A DNA stretch of 64,000 nt from Acidobacteria bacterium UBA823 (GCA_002296225.1 DBHR01000080.1:13362-77361), one strand, 5' to 3'; positions 30,238 to 40,861 are shown, counted from the first letter of the stretch. Notes: generated from the sequence alone by a model not told the origin. A program made the numbers and translations.

Positions 30238-31467
30238 ATGGCCGTGATCCGCCCGTTTCGAGCCCTCAGGCCGGTGCCGGACGCCGCGCCACGGGTCGCA
30301 TCGGTTCCCTATGACGTCGTGAGCTCTGACGAAGCTCGCGAGCTGGCGGATGGCGAGCCGCTGAGTTTCCTGCGCGTATCGCGGGCGGAAATCGAACTAC
30401 CGGTTGGGACCGATCCGCACGCCGATGCGGTCTACGCGCGAGCTACTGAGAATTTCAGGACGATTCGAAACGCGGCGCCGTTTGTGCGAGAAGCCGAGGC
30501 TTCCCTTTACTGCTATCGCTTGCAGGCCAACGGGCGCGAACAGACTGGACTGACGGCGTGTTGTTCACTCGACGAGTACGACAGAGGATTAATTAAGAAA
30601 CACGAACACACTCGCCGGAACAAGGAGGATGACCGTACGCGTCACATGGTCGAGTTGGGCGCGCAAACTGGACTCGTCTTCCTCACCTACCGCTCGAGGG
30701 AAGAGATCGATGTGCTCATGGACCGGGTGTGCACAGGGACACCGCTGTTCGACTTTGAAGCGCCAGACAACGTGAAGCATACCGTTTGGCGGGTCTCATC
30801 GCCAGACGTCGACCTGCTGGTGAAGGCGTTCAAAGCCGTGCCGGCTCTATATATTGCCGACGGTCACCACCGCGCGGCGGGCGCTGCTCGGGTACGGGCC
30901 GAGTTCGCGCGTCGTGACCGACTAACGGTGCCGTCAGAGGCTGATACGGTCATCGCCGTGGCCTTTCCGTCTACGCAGGTTCGCATCCTGCCTTACAACC
31001 GTGTTGTCAAGGATCTCAACGGGCGTTCACCGCGGGAATTTCTGGATCAGATTGCAGCGACGTTTCCCGTGTGTGCTGGGGGTCCCGCGCCAGCCCAAGC
31101 CGGCGAGGTATCGATTTACCTTGACGGGACTTGGCACAACGTAACCTTGGCAGACTTCAGCGTCGACTCGTCGGATCGCGCGGCCGCCCTCGATGTGGCA
31201 CGGCTCGATCAGGGCATCTTGGCGCCGCTACTCGGCATCGAGGACGTTCGTAGGGACCCGCGTATCGACTTCATCGGTGGAATCCGTGGGGCAGCAGTGC
31301 TGCAGGCACAGGTGGATCGAGGTGAGGCGGCGGTCGCGTTCTCGATGTTTCCGGTGACCGTCGACGATTTGATGAGGATCGCCGACGAAGGCGGCATCAT
31401 GCCGCCGAAGTCCACTTGGTTTGAGCCGAAACTTCGCGACGGACTATTGATCCACTTGATCGCGTGA
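30238..31467 (+). CDS. DUF1015-family protein
   Basis: Signature N-terminus MAVIRPFRALRP, YIADGHHR, and size of 409 aa. Confidence 0.8.
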   Translation: MAVIRPFRALRPVPDAAPRVASVPYDVVSSDEARELADGEPLSFLRVSRAEIELPVGTDPHADAVYARATENFRTIRNAAPFVREAEASLYCYRLQANGREQTGLTACCSLDEYDRGLIKKHEHTRRNKEDDRTRHMVELGAQTGLVFLTYRSREEIDVLMDRVCTGTPLFDFEAPDNVKHTVWRVSSPDVDLLVKAFKAVPALYIADGHHRAAGAARVRAEFARRDRLTVPSEADTVIAVAFPSTQVRILPYNRVVKDLNGRSPREFLDQIAATFPVCAGGPAPAQAGEVSIYLDGTWHNVTLADFSVDSSDRAAALDVARLDQGILAPLLGIEDVRRDPRIDFIGGIRGAAVLQAQVDRGEAAVAFSMFPVTVDDLMRIADEGGIMPPKSTWFEPKLRDGLLIHLIA

Positions 31468-31491
31468 ACGCTAGCCGTATTGGTTGACAAC

Positions 31492-32580
31492 ATGACGACC
31501 CACCGCATCTTCAATTTCAGCGCTGGCCCGGCAGTGCTGCCGGAGGTCGTACTTGACGCTGTTCAGCGAGACCTGATGGCGTTACCCGGCGTCGGTATGT
31601 CAGCGCTTGAGATCAGCCACCGCTCAAGCAATTTCGACGCAATTCTGGAGAACGCCGAACGTGAGCTACGGGAGTTGGCCGGCGTGCCGGCGGACTATCG
31701 CGTGTTATTTCTGCAAGGCGGGGCCAGTCTGCAGTTTGCGATGGTGCCGATGAACCTCCTCCCCTCAGGTGGAGTAGCTGACTATTTAGTGACAGGGGCG
31801 TGGTCGAAGAAGGCCGTTAAGGAGGCCGAGAAGATCGGCCAGGTGCACGTGGCCGCGTCGACGGAACCAACCGCCTTCGCGCGCCTTCCCTTGTCCGACG
31901 AGGTCGAGCTTTCCCCGGGCGCGGCTTACGTACACATGACATCGAATAACACGATCTACGGGACGCAGTGGACGCACCTGCCCGAGACGGGTCCCGTGCC
32001 GCTCGTGAGCGACATGTCGTCCGACATTGTGAGTCGGCCGATCTCGGTCGATCGGTTCGGCATCATCTATGCCGGCGCGCAGAAGAATCTTGGCCCGGCT
32101 GGGGTCACGCTCGTTATCATCCGGGAAGATCTACTCGCGCAATCGCCAGCCGCTTTGCCGTCCATGCTGAGTTACCGTGTGCTCGCCGACGGCGGCTCAC
32201 GCTACAACACGCCGCCCGTCTTTGGTATCTACATTCTTCGCTTGGTGCTCGGATGGCTAGGCAGACAGGGCGGCCTCGCGGTCATGGCGGCACGCAATGA
32301 CAGGAAGGCGGCCATTCTCTATGAAGAGCTTGACCGCAGCGAGTTTTACCGGGGTGTCGCCGATGCCACGAGTCGCTCTCGCATGAACGTTACGTTTCGT
32401 CTACCTAGCCGAGACCTAGACGTCAGGTTCGTACAAGGAGCCACGGCCGCTGGTCTAGATGGCCTTGAGGGCCATCGAATGGTCGGTGGCCTGCGCGCGT
32501 CGATCTACAACGCAATGCCAGAAGCTGGCGTGACGGCACTCAGGGAATTTATGCGGGAGTTCGAACGCACGCACGGCTGA
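31492..32580 (+). CDS. serC: Phosphoserine aminotransferase
   Basis: FNFSAGPAVLP N-terminus and the GAQKNLGPAGVTLVI PLP-lysine region. I prefer the ATG at 31492 to the TTG at 31480. Confidence 0.9.
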   Translation: MTTHRIFNFSAGPAVLPEVVLDAVQRDLMALPGVGMSALEISHRSSNFDAILENAERELRELAGVPADYRVLFLQGGASLQFAMVPMNLLPSGGVADYLVTGAWSKKAVKEAEKIGQVHVAASTEPTAFARLPLSDEVELSPGAAYVHMTSNNTIYGTQWTHLPETGPVPLVSDMSSDIVSRPISVDRFGIIYAGAQKNLGPAGVTLVIIREDLLAQSPAALPSMLSYRVLADGGSRYNTPPVFGIYILRLVLGWLGRQGGLAVMAARNDRKAAILYEELDRSEFYRGVADATSRSRMNVTFRLPSRDLDVRFVQGATAAGLDGLEGHRMVGGLRASIYNAMPEAGVTALREFMREFERTHG

Positions 32581-32723
32581 GCGGAGATGTTGTGTGAAAA
32601 TGTGCAAAAGGAGCTAGTTTTTTGCGCGCCGAAGTCTATTGTGCTAGTCTGAGCGGTCCATCGTTCGGTGCTTTGTTGTTGCTGGGGTAGTATCCTCGGT
32701 TCAAAAACGTCGAAGGTGTTTAC

Positions 32724-33473
32724 TTGCCCTCTCCCTTGATTCTGACGCTCATCGCGACTGCTATCATCGTTCAGATCGCCGTGTTCAGCACGACGGTTTA
32801 CCTGCATCGTAGCATCACACATCGCGCGGTCGTTCTGGTTCCGGTCGTGGCGCTTGGCTTTCGCTTGGCCTTGTGGTTGACGACAGGCATCGTCGTCAAG
32901 GAATGGGTAGCGGTCCATCGTAAGCACCATGCATTCCCCGACGAAGAGGGCGATCCGCACAGCCCGCATCTCGCAGGCTTCTGGTCGGTGCAGCTCGGCA
33001 ATATCTTTCATTACGTGCGTGAAGCCAAGAATCCGGACGTGATCGAGAAATACGCCAAGGACCTCAAGGACGACGCGTGGGACCGCTATCTGCTGAATCA
33101 TGGGTCGGTCGGGCTGATCATCGGAATCACTGTGCTGTGTACCGTGTTGGGCATCGGTTGGGGGCTGCTGGCCGGCGTATTGCACGCGATCCTTTACGTG
33201 TTCATCCTATCCCCATCGATCAACGGGCTCTGCCACTATTTTGGTTACAAGAATTTTGACAACACCGCGACCAACTTGCAGTCGATTGCGTTTTTGACCG
33301 GCGGCGAAGGCCTCCACAACAACCATCACGGGTTCCAACGAAGTCCAAAGTTTAGCTATCGCGCTAACGAGTTCGATCCGGCCTGGCCGGTCATCTGGAC
33401 GCTGACGAAACTTCGTCTGGCGAGGCGGTACAAGACGATCGACGAAGCGTTGGCACAACCTCAAGAATCCTAA
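32724..33473 (+). CDS. Acyl-CoA (delta-9 type) fatty-acid desaturase family protein
   Basis: Three His boxes: HRSITH, HRKHH and HNNHH. Membrane helices at the N-terminus. TTG start as in the track. Confidence 0.8.
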   Translation: MPSPLILTLIATAIIVQIAVFSTTVYLHRSITHRAVVLVPVVALGFRLALWLTTGIVVKEWVAVHRKHHAFPDEEGDPHSPHLAGFWSVQLGNIFHYVREAKNPDVIEKYAKDLKDDAWDRYLLNHGSVGLIIGITVLCTVLGIGWGLLAGVLHAILYVFILSPSINGLCHYFGYKNFDNTATNLQSIAFLTGGEGLHNNHHGFQRSPKFSYRANEFDPAWPVIWTLTKLRLARRYKTIDEALAQPQES

Positions 33474-33594
33474 GTTTCGACTCGGCAGATGCCCTGGGCA
33501 AGTGGCGGTGGACTAGCCGCAGGGGCATCGGTCAACCTGCGACGATACCTGACCGGGCGCGAGACGCCATTCGGAATGGCACCGAGGACTTTGG

Positions 33595-35949
33595 TTGGCT
33601 ACGCAAGACATACAAACAGACAACGAGTGGAATAGTCACGTGGTTGCCTTGTTGGTGTGCTTGTCGCTCTTCGGTGGAGCGGCGGTTCCGATCGCCGAAG
33701 CCCAGACCGGACAGGGCGCTATTCAGGGAGCGATTCGTGATGAAACCAACGCGGTTGTGCCTGGGGTGACCGTGACGGCCACAAATCTCGAAACAGATAT
33801 TTCCAGTAGCGTTGCAAGCGACGGGCAGGGACGCTTCCAACTGCTTCAGTTGCCAGCCGGTGACTACGAGGTCAACGCAATCGTGCCGGGGTTTAGAACC
33901 CAGACGGCGACGATCACGGTCGTCGTGGGTGGCATGCAGACGTTGGACATCACGTTGGAAATCTTGCCGCTTGCCGAATCCGTGACAGTGACACGGACCC
34001 TGCAAGAGCGACGCGCGGTACCAACTGCGGTTACTGTCATTGAAGGTGACGAAATTCAATTCGCTCAGCGCCAAGAGGCTCTGGCTGAAACGTTACGAGG
34101 TGTTCCGGGTCTGTTTGCTGAAAACCGGCGCAACTTCAGCCTTGCGGGCGGTGTGCAGGCCACGATCCGAGCACCCATGGTCGGATTCGGGATGCGAGGC
34201 ATTCAGGTGCTTCAGGACGGTATTCCGCTTACCACCGCGGATGGCACGACGCAACCAACGAACCTTGACCTCGGCTCCGCCGACCGGATTGAAATCATCC
34301 GAGGTCCTAATTCTGTGCTGTATGGCAATGCGGCCGGCGGGGTGATCAGTCTCTGGACGGCGTTCCCTTCCTCCACGCCGCTTGAGATCCAGCCCGATAT
34401 CCAGTTCGGTAGCTACGGATACAACCGACAACAGGTCAAGGTCCACGGGACGTCTGGTCGGACGAGCTATCTGTTCAACGCTAACCGGATTAAGACCGAT
34501 GGCTACCGCGAACACAGCAAAGCCGAAGTTCGTCGGGCCAACCTGGTTGTGCGCAGAGCCGTATCTTCGAACACTGAGATACGGGGGGTGTTTAATTTCT
34601 TTGACATGCCGTTTGGAGAGAGCGCCAGCACGCTCAACGAGGCAGACGCTCGCAATAATCCGCGGAGCGTGCGAGGCTTGGCCATCACTCAGGGGTGGGG
34701 CGAGGCGGCGACCCAGGGGCAGGGTGGCGTCACACTCGAGCATGAGTTTGACGGGGGGCAGGTGTTTCGTGGAACGGGTTGGGCTGCCTGGCGGAACCTC
34801 TACAATCCCATTCCGTTTCGGATTATCGACCTCAGCCGAAAGGCCGCCGGGTTCCGCTCGGAATTGGCGGGCGTCGGCCAGGCAGGTTCGGTGCCGATGC
34901 AATGGACCACCGGGTTTGACGTGTCGTCTCAGCGGGACGACCGTTCCGAATTTGGCAATGCGGGGGTGCCGGCCGGCGGGTCGTCTGCCCAGCGAGGCAC
35001 CCTGCGGCTCAAGCAGTTGGAAGAGGTGCTCTCCCTCGCGCCGTTCGCGCAGGTGACGCTCACGCTTCACCCGCGCTGGCTCGCCACTGCCGGCGTGCGT
35101 TACGACCACTACGATTTCCGCGCAACGGACAGCTTCCTGACCGACGGCGATCAGTCCGGCAGTCGGACTCTCGACGCTTTCAGCCCAATGGCGGGTTTGA
35201 CCTTCGTGGCTTCCGACGAGTTGAATTTCTACACCAATTTTTCGACGGCCTACCAGACGCCGACGACCGTTGAGTTGTCGAATAAGCCGACCGGAGAGGG
35301 GGGCTTTAACGAGGACCTCAATCCCGAAGATCTGCGGAGCGTTGAGGTCGGTGCTCGTGGCACGGCCGGAGAAGGCCGCGTGCGGTACGAGTTCGCCGCT
35401 TACTTTTCCACATTGGATAATGCGTTTGTCGAGTTGCAGCGGATCGACGAGCAGACCTACTTCCGAAACGCTGCGGAATCGTCGCGTAACGGGCTTGAGG
35501 CCCGCGTTGACTGGAGCCCCACGCCGCAGATGCGCACCTACCTCTCGTACACGCATCAAGATTTTAAGTTCGTCCGCTTTGAGACGGACGACAACAACTT
35601 TTCTGGCAACATTGAGCCGGGCGCGCCGCCCCACCAGCTGTTCTTCGGTGGCAGCTACGAAACCGCCTTCGGCCTCCGGTCAGTCGCGCAGTTTCGATGG
35701 GTGGATGCGTTTCCAGTTAATAACGCCAATACGGCGTTGAACTGGTCGTATGAAGTTGTGGATCTTCGATTCGGTTGGGATGGCAAGTGGAATGGCGTGG
35801 CGATCCAGCCGTTCTTCGGCATCGACAATCTGTTCAACAAACGATACAACGCGTCCACGATCCCGAATGCGTTCGGGAGTCGCTTCTACGAGCCAGCCCC
35901 AGGCCGTGAGGTGTATGTGGGGTTCAGAATCGGCGGGGGACGGCAGTAG
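33595..35949 (+). CDS. TonB-dependent receptor with N-terminal carboxypeptidase-regulatory-like domain
   Basis: GAIRDETNAVVPGVTVTATN (CarboxypepD_reg-like), a plug (IEIIRGPNSVLYGNAAGGVISL) and a long beta-barrel region. The exact start is uncertain (TTG 33595 or GTG 33640). Confidence 0.8.
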   Translation: MATQDIQTDNEWNSHVVALLVCLSLFGGAAVPIAEAQTGQGAIQGAIRDETNAVVPGVTVTATNLETDISSSVASDGQGRFQLLQLPAGDYEVNAIVPGFRTQTATITVVVGGMQTLDITLEILPLAESVTVTRTLQERRAVPTAVTVIEGDEIQFAQRQEALAETLRGVPGLFAENRRNFSLAGGVQATIRAPMVGFGMRGIQVLQDGIPLTTADGTTQPTNLDLGSADRIEIIRGPNSVLYGNAAGGVISLWTAFPSSTPLEIQPDIQFGSYGYNRQQVKVHGTSGRTSYLFNANRIKTDGYREHSKAEVRRANLVVRRAVSSNTEIRGVFNFFDMPFGESASTLNEADARNNPRSVRGLAITQGWGEAATQGQGGVTLEHEFDGGQVFRGTGWAAWRNLYNPIPFRIIDLSRKAAGFRSELAGVGQAGSVPMQWTTGFDVSSQRDDRSEFGNAGVPAGGSSAQRGTLRLKQLEEVLSLAPFAQVTLTLHPRWLATAGVRYDHYDFRATDSFLTDGDQSGSRTLDAFSPMAGLTFVASDELNFYTNFSTAYQTPTTVELSNKPTGEGGFNEDLNPEDLRSVEVGARGTAGEGRVRYEFAAYFSTLDNAFVELQRIDEQTYFRNAAESSRNGLEARVDWSPTPQMRTYLSYTHQDFKFVRFETDDNNFSGNIEPGAPPHQLFFGGSYETAFGLRSVAQFRWVDAFPVNNANTALNWSYEVVDLRFGWDGKWNGVAIQPFFGIDNLFNKRYNASTIPNAFGSRFYEPAPGREVYVGFRIGGGRQ

Positions 35950-36031
35950 CCTCCGTCGTGGGCGTACCGGTTCCGCCGGCCGGCATCCGTGGCCGCCGGT
36001 CGCTGACCGCATTGTTCTCTGAATCATTCCC

Positions 36032-36862
36032 ATGCGTCAGACACAAGGGTCCCTGGTCTGTGCTCACTGCGGGAACCTGGTCGGCATCAACGAGCCGACC
36101 TGTCCGTTTTGCGGGGCGTGGCGCCCCGGCCTCTACGGGTGGGCACCGGTCCTCCAGCGCCTCGTCGGACGGCAACTTGACCTCTTCTCGTTGATCGTTG
36201 CGACCTGCGTCACCCTCTACGCGATTGCGCTGCTCCTCGAGCCTGACGCGATCATGCAGCCGCGAGGCATGCTGTCGTTCCTCTCGCCTGGCACACGAGC
36301 GCTCTATCAACTTGGCATGACCGGAGGTGTCGCGTGGCAACTCGGCTGGTGGTGGACGCTGTTCACCGCCATCTATCTCCACGGCGGTGTGCTACACATC
36401 TTGTTCAACGTGATGTGGATTCGAAACCTCGGGCCCACCGTGTCGGACGTTTTCGGCCCTGGTCGCGCGTTCGTCCTCTTCAACGTGGCGGGGGCGTTCG
36501 GGTTTCTGATCTCGAACATGATGAGCGGCACGCCGACGATTGGTGCGTCCGGTAGCATCTTCGGACTCCTCGGGGCGCTGATCGTCTACGGCCGTCGGCG
36601 CGGTAGCTCAATGATGTCGCAGCAGCTCTGGCAATGGGCGATCGTGCTGTTCGTGTTTGGCTTCCTCATGCCCGGGATCAACAACTGGGCCCACGCCGGC
36701 GGGTTCGCCGGTGGTTGGGTCGGTGCCTACCTTATGGGGTTTATCGATGAGCAGCGGGAGAGTACCGCGATGGTGTTGCTTGCACTCGCCTTTATCGCCA
36801 TCACGGCGGTCGGAATCATTCTGTCCTTCACGAAAGTCACTGGTATGTTGCTTGCCGGCTAG
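36032..36862 (+). CDS. Rhomboid-family intramembrane serine protease with N-terminal zinc-ribbon
   Basis: CAHCGN...CPFCG ribbon. HGGVLHILFNVMW and the catalytic GASGSIFGLLGA motif. Confidence 0.8.
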   Translation: MRQTQGSLVCAHCGNLVGINEPTCPFCGAWRPGLYGWAPVLQRLVGRQLDLFSLIVATCVTLYAIALLLEPDAIMQPRGMLSFLSPGTRALYQLGMTGGVAWQLGWWWTLFTAIYLHGGVLHILFNVMWIRNLGPTVSDVFGPGRAFVLFNVAGAFGFLISNMMSGTPTIGASGSIFGLLGALIVYGRRRGSSMMSQQLWQWAIVLFVFGFLMPGINNWAHAGGFAGGWVGAYLMGFIDEQRESTAMVLLALAFIAITAVGIILSFTKVTGMLLAG

Positions 36863-36869
36863 GGCAAGG

Positions 36870-38120
36870 TTACTTGGTAGTCGAACGGGGTTTTCGCCGG
36901 CGCCGCCGTCGACGGCGAGTCTTGGCGGCGACCGGTCGCTCGCCCATGTGGGCGACGAAGTCCCGCCAGCGCACGAGCGCTACGGGCGCACCCCCATGGA
37001 TTTCCAGCCAGGTGAGCGCTTCGTCGAATACGCTGCGAAGGGTCAGTCCTCGTTTCGCGTGCTCTGGCAGCTTTGGGTCAAACAACCGCCGTTGCAGGTT
37101 GACGATCTGACGGAGACTCTCGACTTGTCCACGGGCGATCGGCAGGGCGCCCAGTGTGAGCGGAGCGTCCTGCCGTCCTGGCAAGAGCCCAGTTGGGACT
37201 ACGAGTGACCCCAGCAGGATCGGATTCGTTAACGTGGCTGGCGCGGAATCAAAGCGCACGCGATAGGCGTCAAGCGCGCGAAGCGATTGCCACAACGCGT
37301 CGGAGCGCCGGCGGTGGAGTTCGGGGCTGATCTGAGCAAGAAGGCGCGCTTCGCCGAGGTCTCGAAACGTGCGTTCGGCTGAACCGCTCCGCAGAATCTT
37401 GTAGAGTTCCTCCAGCATGCGCGGCGGCGCGGCCTGCCGGATTTCTGCACGATGTTTCGCGATCGCGTCCACGATCGGCCGTTCGATCTTGAAATCGAGC
37501 CGCGCGGCCAGCGCGATCGCCCGCAGCATCCGCACAGGATCTTCCACGAAGCGCTCCCCGGGTTCGCCGATGCAGCGGATCAGTCTAGCTTCCAGATCTT
37601 GTAGCCCGCCGACGTAATCGAGAATCGAGAACGTCCCGATATCGTAGAAGAGCGCATTCACGGTGAAGTCGCGTCGGAACGCGTCTTCTTCGGGAGTACC
37701 GAAGGTGTTGTCTCGGTGAATAACTCGGTTACCTGACTCGCGCTCTCGCACTTCGCGTTCCGACGCTGAACCCTCGGGTTGGGCGGGGTCAGGATCCCGC
37801 TCCGACCCCGGCGTCACGAGTCGACGAAAGGTCGCGACCTCGATCGTCTTGGGACCAAACTTCACGTGCGCGAGACGGAAGCGGCGGCCGATGATCCAGC
37901 AGTTACGAAACAGTCGCTTGACTTGATTCGGATGGGCGGAGGTGCCGATGTCGAAGTCCTTTGGCCGTCGTCCGATGAGTAGATCGCGCACACTCCCACC
38001 GACCAGATAGGCGATGTGGTTGAACTTGTGGAGGCGATACAGGACCTTGAGTGCGTCTGGGTCGATATGGCGTCTGGAGAGCGAATGTTCCGCACGCGGA
38101 ACGATGACCGGATTACCCAT
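36870..38120 (-). CDS. pcnB: Poly(A) polymerase / tRNA nucleotidyltransferase family (PcnB-like)
   Basis: LVGGSVRDLLIGRRPKDFDIGT nucleotidyltransferase motif, RDFTVNALFYD, and a basic C-terminal tail (RRRRRRRKPR). Confidence 0.8.
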   Translation of the reverse strand: MGNPVIVPRAEHSLSRRHIDPDALKVLYRLHKFNHIAYLVGGSVRDLLIGRRPKDFDIGTSAHPNQVKRLFRNCWIIGRRFRLAHVKFGPKTIEVATFRRLVTPGSERDPDPAQPEGSASEREVRERESGNRVIHRDNTFGTPEEDAFRRDFTVNALFYDIGTFSILDYVGGLQDLEARLIRCIGEPGERFVEDPVRMLRAIALAARLDFKIERPIVDAIAKHRAEIRQAAPPRMLEELYKILRSGSAERTFRDLGEARLLAQISPELHRRRSDALWQSLRALDAYRVRFDSAPATLTNPILLGSLVVPTGLLPGRQDAPLTLGALPIARGQVESLRQIVNLQRRLFDPKLPEHAKRGLTLRSVFDEALTWLEIHGGAPVALVRWRDFVAHMGERPVAAKTRRRRRRRRKPRSTTK

Positions 38121-38173
38121 GTGCTGGGACTAATGATAGCAAACGGGCCAAATGGGGAAGCGGCGGGCGAGGC

Positions 38174-40861
38174 CTAGGGCTTGGCTTCCTTCCAGGTGCG
38201 TCCGACACCGACGTCCACCGTCAATGGCACCCTGAGGTCTGCGGCATGCTCCATCCGGTTCTTGACTAACTCCGATAGCGCGTCGGCTGACGCTTTTCGG
38301 ACTTCAAACACTAGTTCATCGTGGACGGTCAGAATCATCCTCGCGTCGTCGCGATCCGCGAGGTCCGTGTGCAGTGCGATCATGGCGCGCTTGAGAATAT
38401 CCGCCGCTGTGCCCTGGATGGGCATGTTCACTGTCACGCGTTCCGCCGCCGATCGGATCTGCCGGTTGCGACTGTTGAGCTCTGGAACGAGGCGACGGCG
38501 GCCGGACATCGTCTTGACGACGCCGGTTTCTCTCGCCGTTGCGATCGTATTGTCGAGGAACTGACGGACCGCCGGAAAGCCATCGAAATAGGCGTCAATG
38601 AATTGCTGTGCGGCCTGCTGAGTCACACCTATGTCTTTGGCCAGCGTGAAAGCAGTCTTGCCGTAGAGTAACGCGTAGTTAACGATTTTTGCCCTTCGCC
38701 GGAGTTCTTGCGGGTCCAGGTTGCTCTCGGTCCCAAAAATTCTTAACGCGGTTTGATCGTGGATGTCGTCACCGCGCTGGAATGCGGCGATCAGCGTGTC
38801 GTCCGCGGACTGGTGTGCTAGGACGCGCAGTTCGATCTGCGAATAGTCGGCTGAAATCAAAAGGCAGCCTGGATCCGCGACGAAGGCCTCGCGGATCCGT
38901 CGCCCGATCTCGGTGCGGACTGGAATGTTTTGCAAATTCGGATCGCTGCTACTTAGCCGGCCGGTTGCGGCAACGGCCTGATTAAACGACGTATGCACAC
39001 GCCCGGTGTCGGGATGCACGAGTTGTGGCAGTGCATCAACGTAAGTCCCCTTGAGTTTCTGTAGCGACCGCCAGTCCAGCACTAAACGCGGCAATTTGTG
39101 CGTGAGCGCGAGCTCTTCGAGCACCCCCACCGCGGTGGAAGCGGCTCGTGTCTTGCCGGTGCGCTTCAACGTGGGCAACCCAAGTTTCTCAAACAAAATC
39201 GCCGCGAGCTGCTTCGGTGAGTTGATGTTGAACTCCTCGCCAGCCAGTTCGAAAATCCGCGCACGGTAGCCGTCTAACTTGTCCTTCAGCTGAGCGGATT
39301 GGTCAGCGAGTGCAGCAGTATCGATCCGGATGCCTGCCTGTTCGATGTTGACGAGGCCTTGCACAAGCGGCAGTTCTAATTCGCGATACACCGCGAACAG
39401 CCCCTCGCGCTGCAACGCCTTCTGTAGATGGTCGCTCACTTGGAGCGCCAGATCCGCGCGCTCGGCCGCGAACGGTGTCGCCACATCGACAGGGAGTTCG
39501 CTAAACGGCGTTGCCTTCGCGCCTTTGCCCCGGATCGACTCCTCTGTCATCGCCTGGTAGCCCGTTTCATCGAGCGCAGCATCTTCGAGCCGGTGCGCTG
39601 ACTTAGTGGCATCGAGCACGTAGCTGGCGAGCATCGGGTCGTCGGCGAGGCCGGCCAATTTGATACCGTGGCGTTGCAGCACGATCGTCGTGAATTTCAG
39701 GTTGTGGCCGACCATGGCAATCTCTGGATCTTCCAGCACGGGTTTCAGGAGCGCCAAGGCTTCAGTTGAACTGAATTCCGTAGGGGTGTCGAGCGCTGCA
39801 TGGCCAAGTGGTACGTATCGTGCTGACCGCGACGCAGTCGAAAATGCCATGCCGACGAGCGAGCTTCGCATGGGGTCCGACGTGTCGGTCAGTAAGTGGA
39901 GCGCACAACGGCCCGAGCTCCGAAGCATCGTGGCGAGTGATTTGAGCTCTTCCGCACTAGAGACGGTACGGTAATCGGTTGCGGTCGTATCGGCGGTCGG
40001 TGCGTAATCGCCGAGTAGAGTCCGGAACCCAAGTTTAGAGAACAGGTCGAAGCAGCGCTGGGACTGCGCGCCGTTAAATCGTGCCTGGGCGAGAGCGAGC
40101 TGGACCGGAGCGTCGGTGCGGATCCGCACTAGGTCACGGCTCTGGAGCGCCGATTCGGCGTGCTCGGTAAGCGCGATGCGGTATTTACGCTGTGTGAGCT
40201 GGGGGGCCTTGGCCAGAAGTGCGTCGAGCGTACCGTGCTCGCCGATGAGCGTTCGGGCGCCTTTTTCACCGATCCCTGGCACGCCCTTCACGTTGTCGAC
40301 AGCATCACCCATGAGCGCCAGCATATCCACGACTTGATCGGGACGAACCCCGAACTTACTCTCAACACCGTCGGCATCAAACCATGTGCCCTCATCCCTC
40401 GGGTTGAACACCGTTACGCCATCACGTACAAGCTGGAAGAAATCCTTGTCGCCCGTAACGATGACAATTTCGAGGCTCTCGTCGGCCATTGTGCGCGCGA
40501 GGGTACCGATTACATCGTCGGCTTCGTAGCCTTGCAGCGTAACGACAGGAACACCCAGCGCTTCGCACGCCTCGTGTATCCAGGGGACTTGCTCAACGAG
40601 ATCGTCTGGCATGGGAGCGCGGTTAGCCTTGTACTCGGCGTCAAGCTCTTCGCGGAAGGTCGGACCAGCGACGTCGAATGCGGCGGCGATGTACTCGGGC
40701 CGCTGATCGTTAAGTAGTTTCCGAAGCATTGTGACGAAACCGTAGACGGCGTTGGTTGACCGGCCAGCAGGTCCGGTTAGGCCACGGATGGCATGGTAGG
40801 CTCGGTACATTTGCGAGCTACCGTCAATCAACAGCAACCGTGGGTGCGTAGATCGATTCAT
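38174..40861 (-). CDS. polA: DNA polymerase I
   Basis: 5'-nuclease N-terminus (LLLIDGSSQMYRAYHA). Pol motifs DYSQIELRVLAH, RRRAKIVNYALLYG and ILTVHDELVFE. Size is 895 aa. Confidence 0.95.
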   Translation of the reverse strand: MNRSTHPRLLLIDGSSQMYRAYHAIRGLTGPAGRSTNAVYGFVTMLRKLLNDQRPEYIAAAFDVAGPTFREELDAEYKANRAPMPDDLVEQVPWIHEACEALGVPVVTLQGYEADDVIGTLARTMADESLEIVIVTGDKDFFQLVRDGVTVFNPRDEGTWFDADGVESKFGVRPDQVVDMLALMGDAVDNVKGVPGIGEKGARTLIGEHGTLDALLAKAPQLTQRKYRIALTEHAESALQSRDLVRIRTDAPVQLALAQARFNGAQSQRCFDLFSKLGFRTLLGDYAPTADTTATDYRTVSSAEELKSLATMLRSSGRCALHLLTDTSDPMRSSLVGMAFSTASRSARYVPLGHAALDTPTEFSSTEALALLKPVLEDPEIAMVGHNLKFTTIVLQRHGIKLAGLADDPMLASYVLDATKSAHRLEDAALDETGYQAMTEESIRGKGAKATPFSELPVDVATPFAAERADLALQVSDHLQKALQREGLFAVYRELELPLVQGLVNIEQAGIRIDTAALADQSAQLKDKLDGYRARIFELAGEEFNINSPKQLAAILFEKLGLPTLKRTGKTRAASTAVGVLEELALTHKLPRLVLDWRSLQKLKGTYVDALPQLVHPDTGRVHTSFNQAVAATGRLSSSDPNLQNIPVRTEIGRRIREAFVADPGCLLISADYSQIELRVLAHQSADDTLIAAFQRGDDIHDQTALRIFGTESNLDPQELRRRAKIVNYALLYGKTAFTLAKDIGVTQQAAQQFIDAYFDGFPAVRQFLDNTIATARETGVVKTMSGRRRLVPELNSRNRQIRSAAERVTVNMPIQGTAADILKRAMIALHTDLADRDDARMILTVHDELVFEVRKASADALSELVKNRMEHAADLRVPLTVDVGVGRTWKEAKP

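Noticed and set aside
33474-33594. Structured leader upstream of the TonB-dependent receptor. It has a long-range stem GATGCCCTG (33488..33496) / CAGGGGCATC (33520..33529) and a B12-box-like CGAUACCUGACCGG, which raised the possibility of a cobalamin riboswitch.
   Set aside because: Only a partial resemblance to the B12 box (AGCC.G.AGACCUGCC). The conserved GGGAA...GGUG...GCCCCCGCAAC core is not present, and the ~120-nt space is short for the element. The receptor has a carboxypeptidase-regulatory N-domain rather than a BtuB-like layout. An Infernal scan with RF00174 would settle it.
34093-35634. 513-aa minus-strand ORF, the longest 'extra' ORF in the track
   Set aside because: It is entirely antisense to the TonB-dependent receptor gene, whose frame carries recognisable plug and barrel motifs. 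The antisense translation is Arg/Pro/Gly/Ser-rich low complexity, typical of stop-poor shadow frames in GC-rich DNA.
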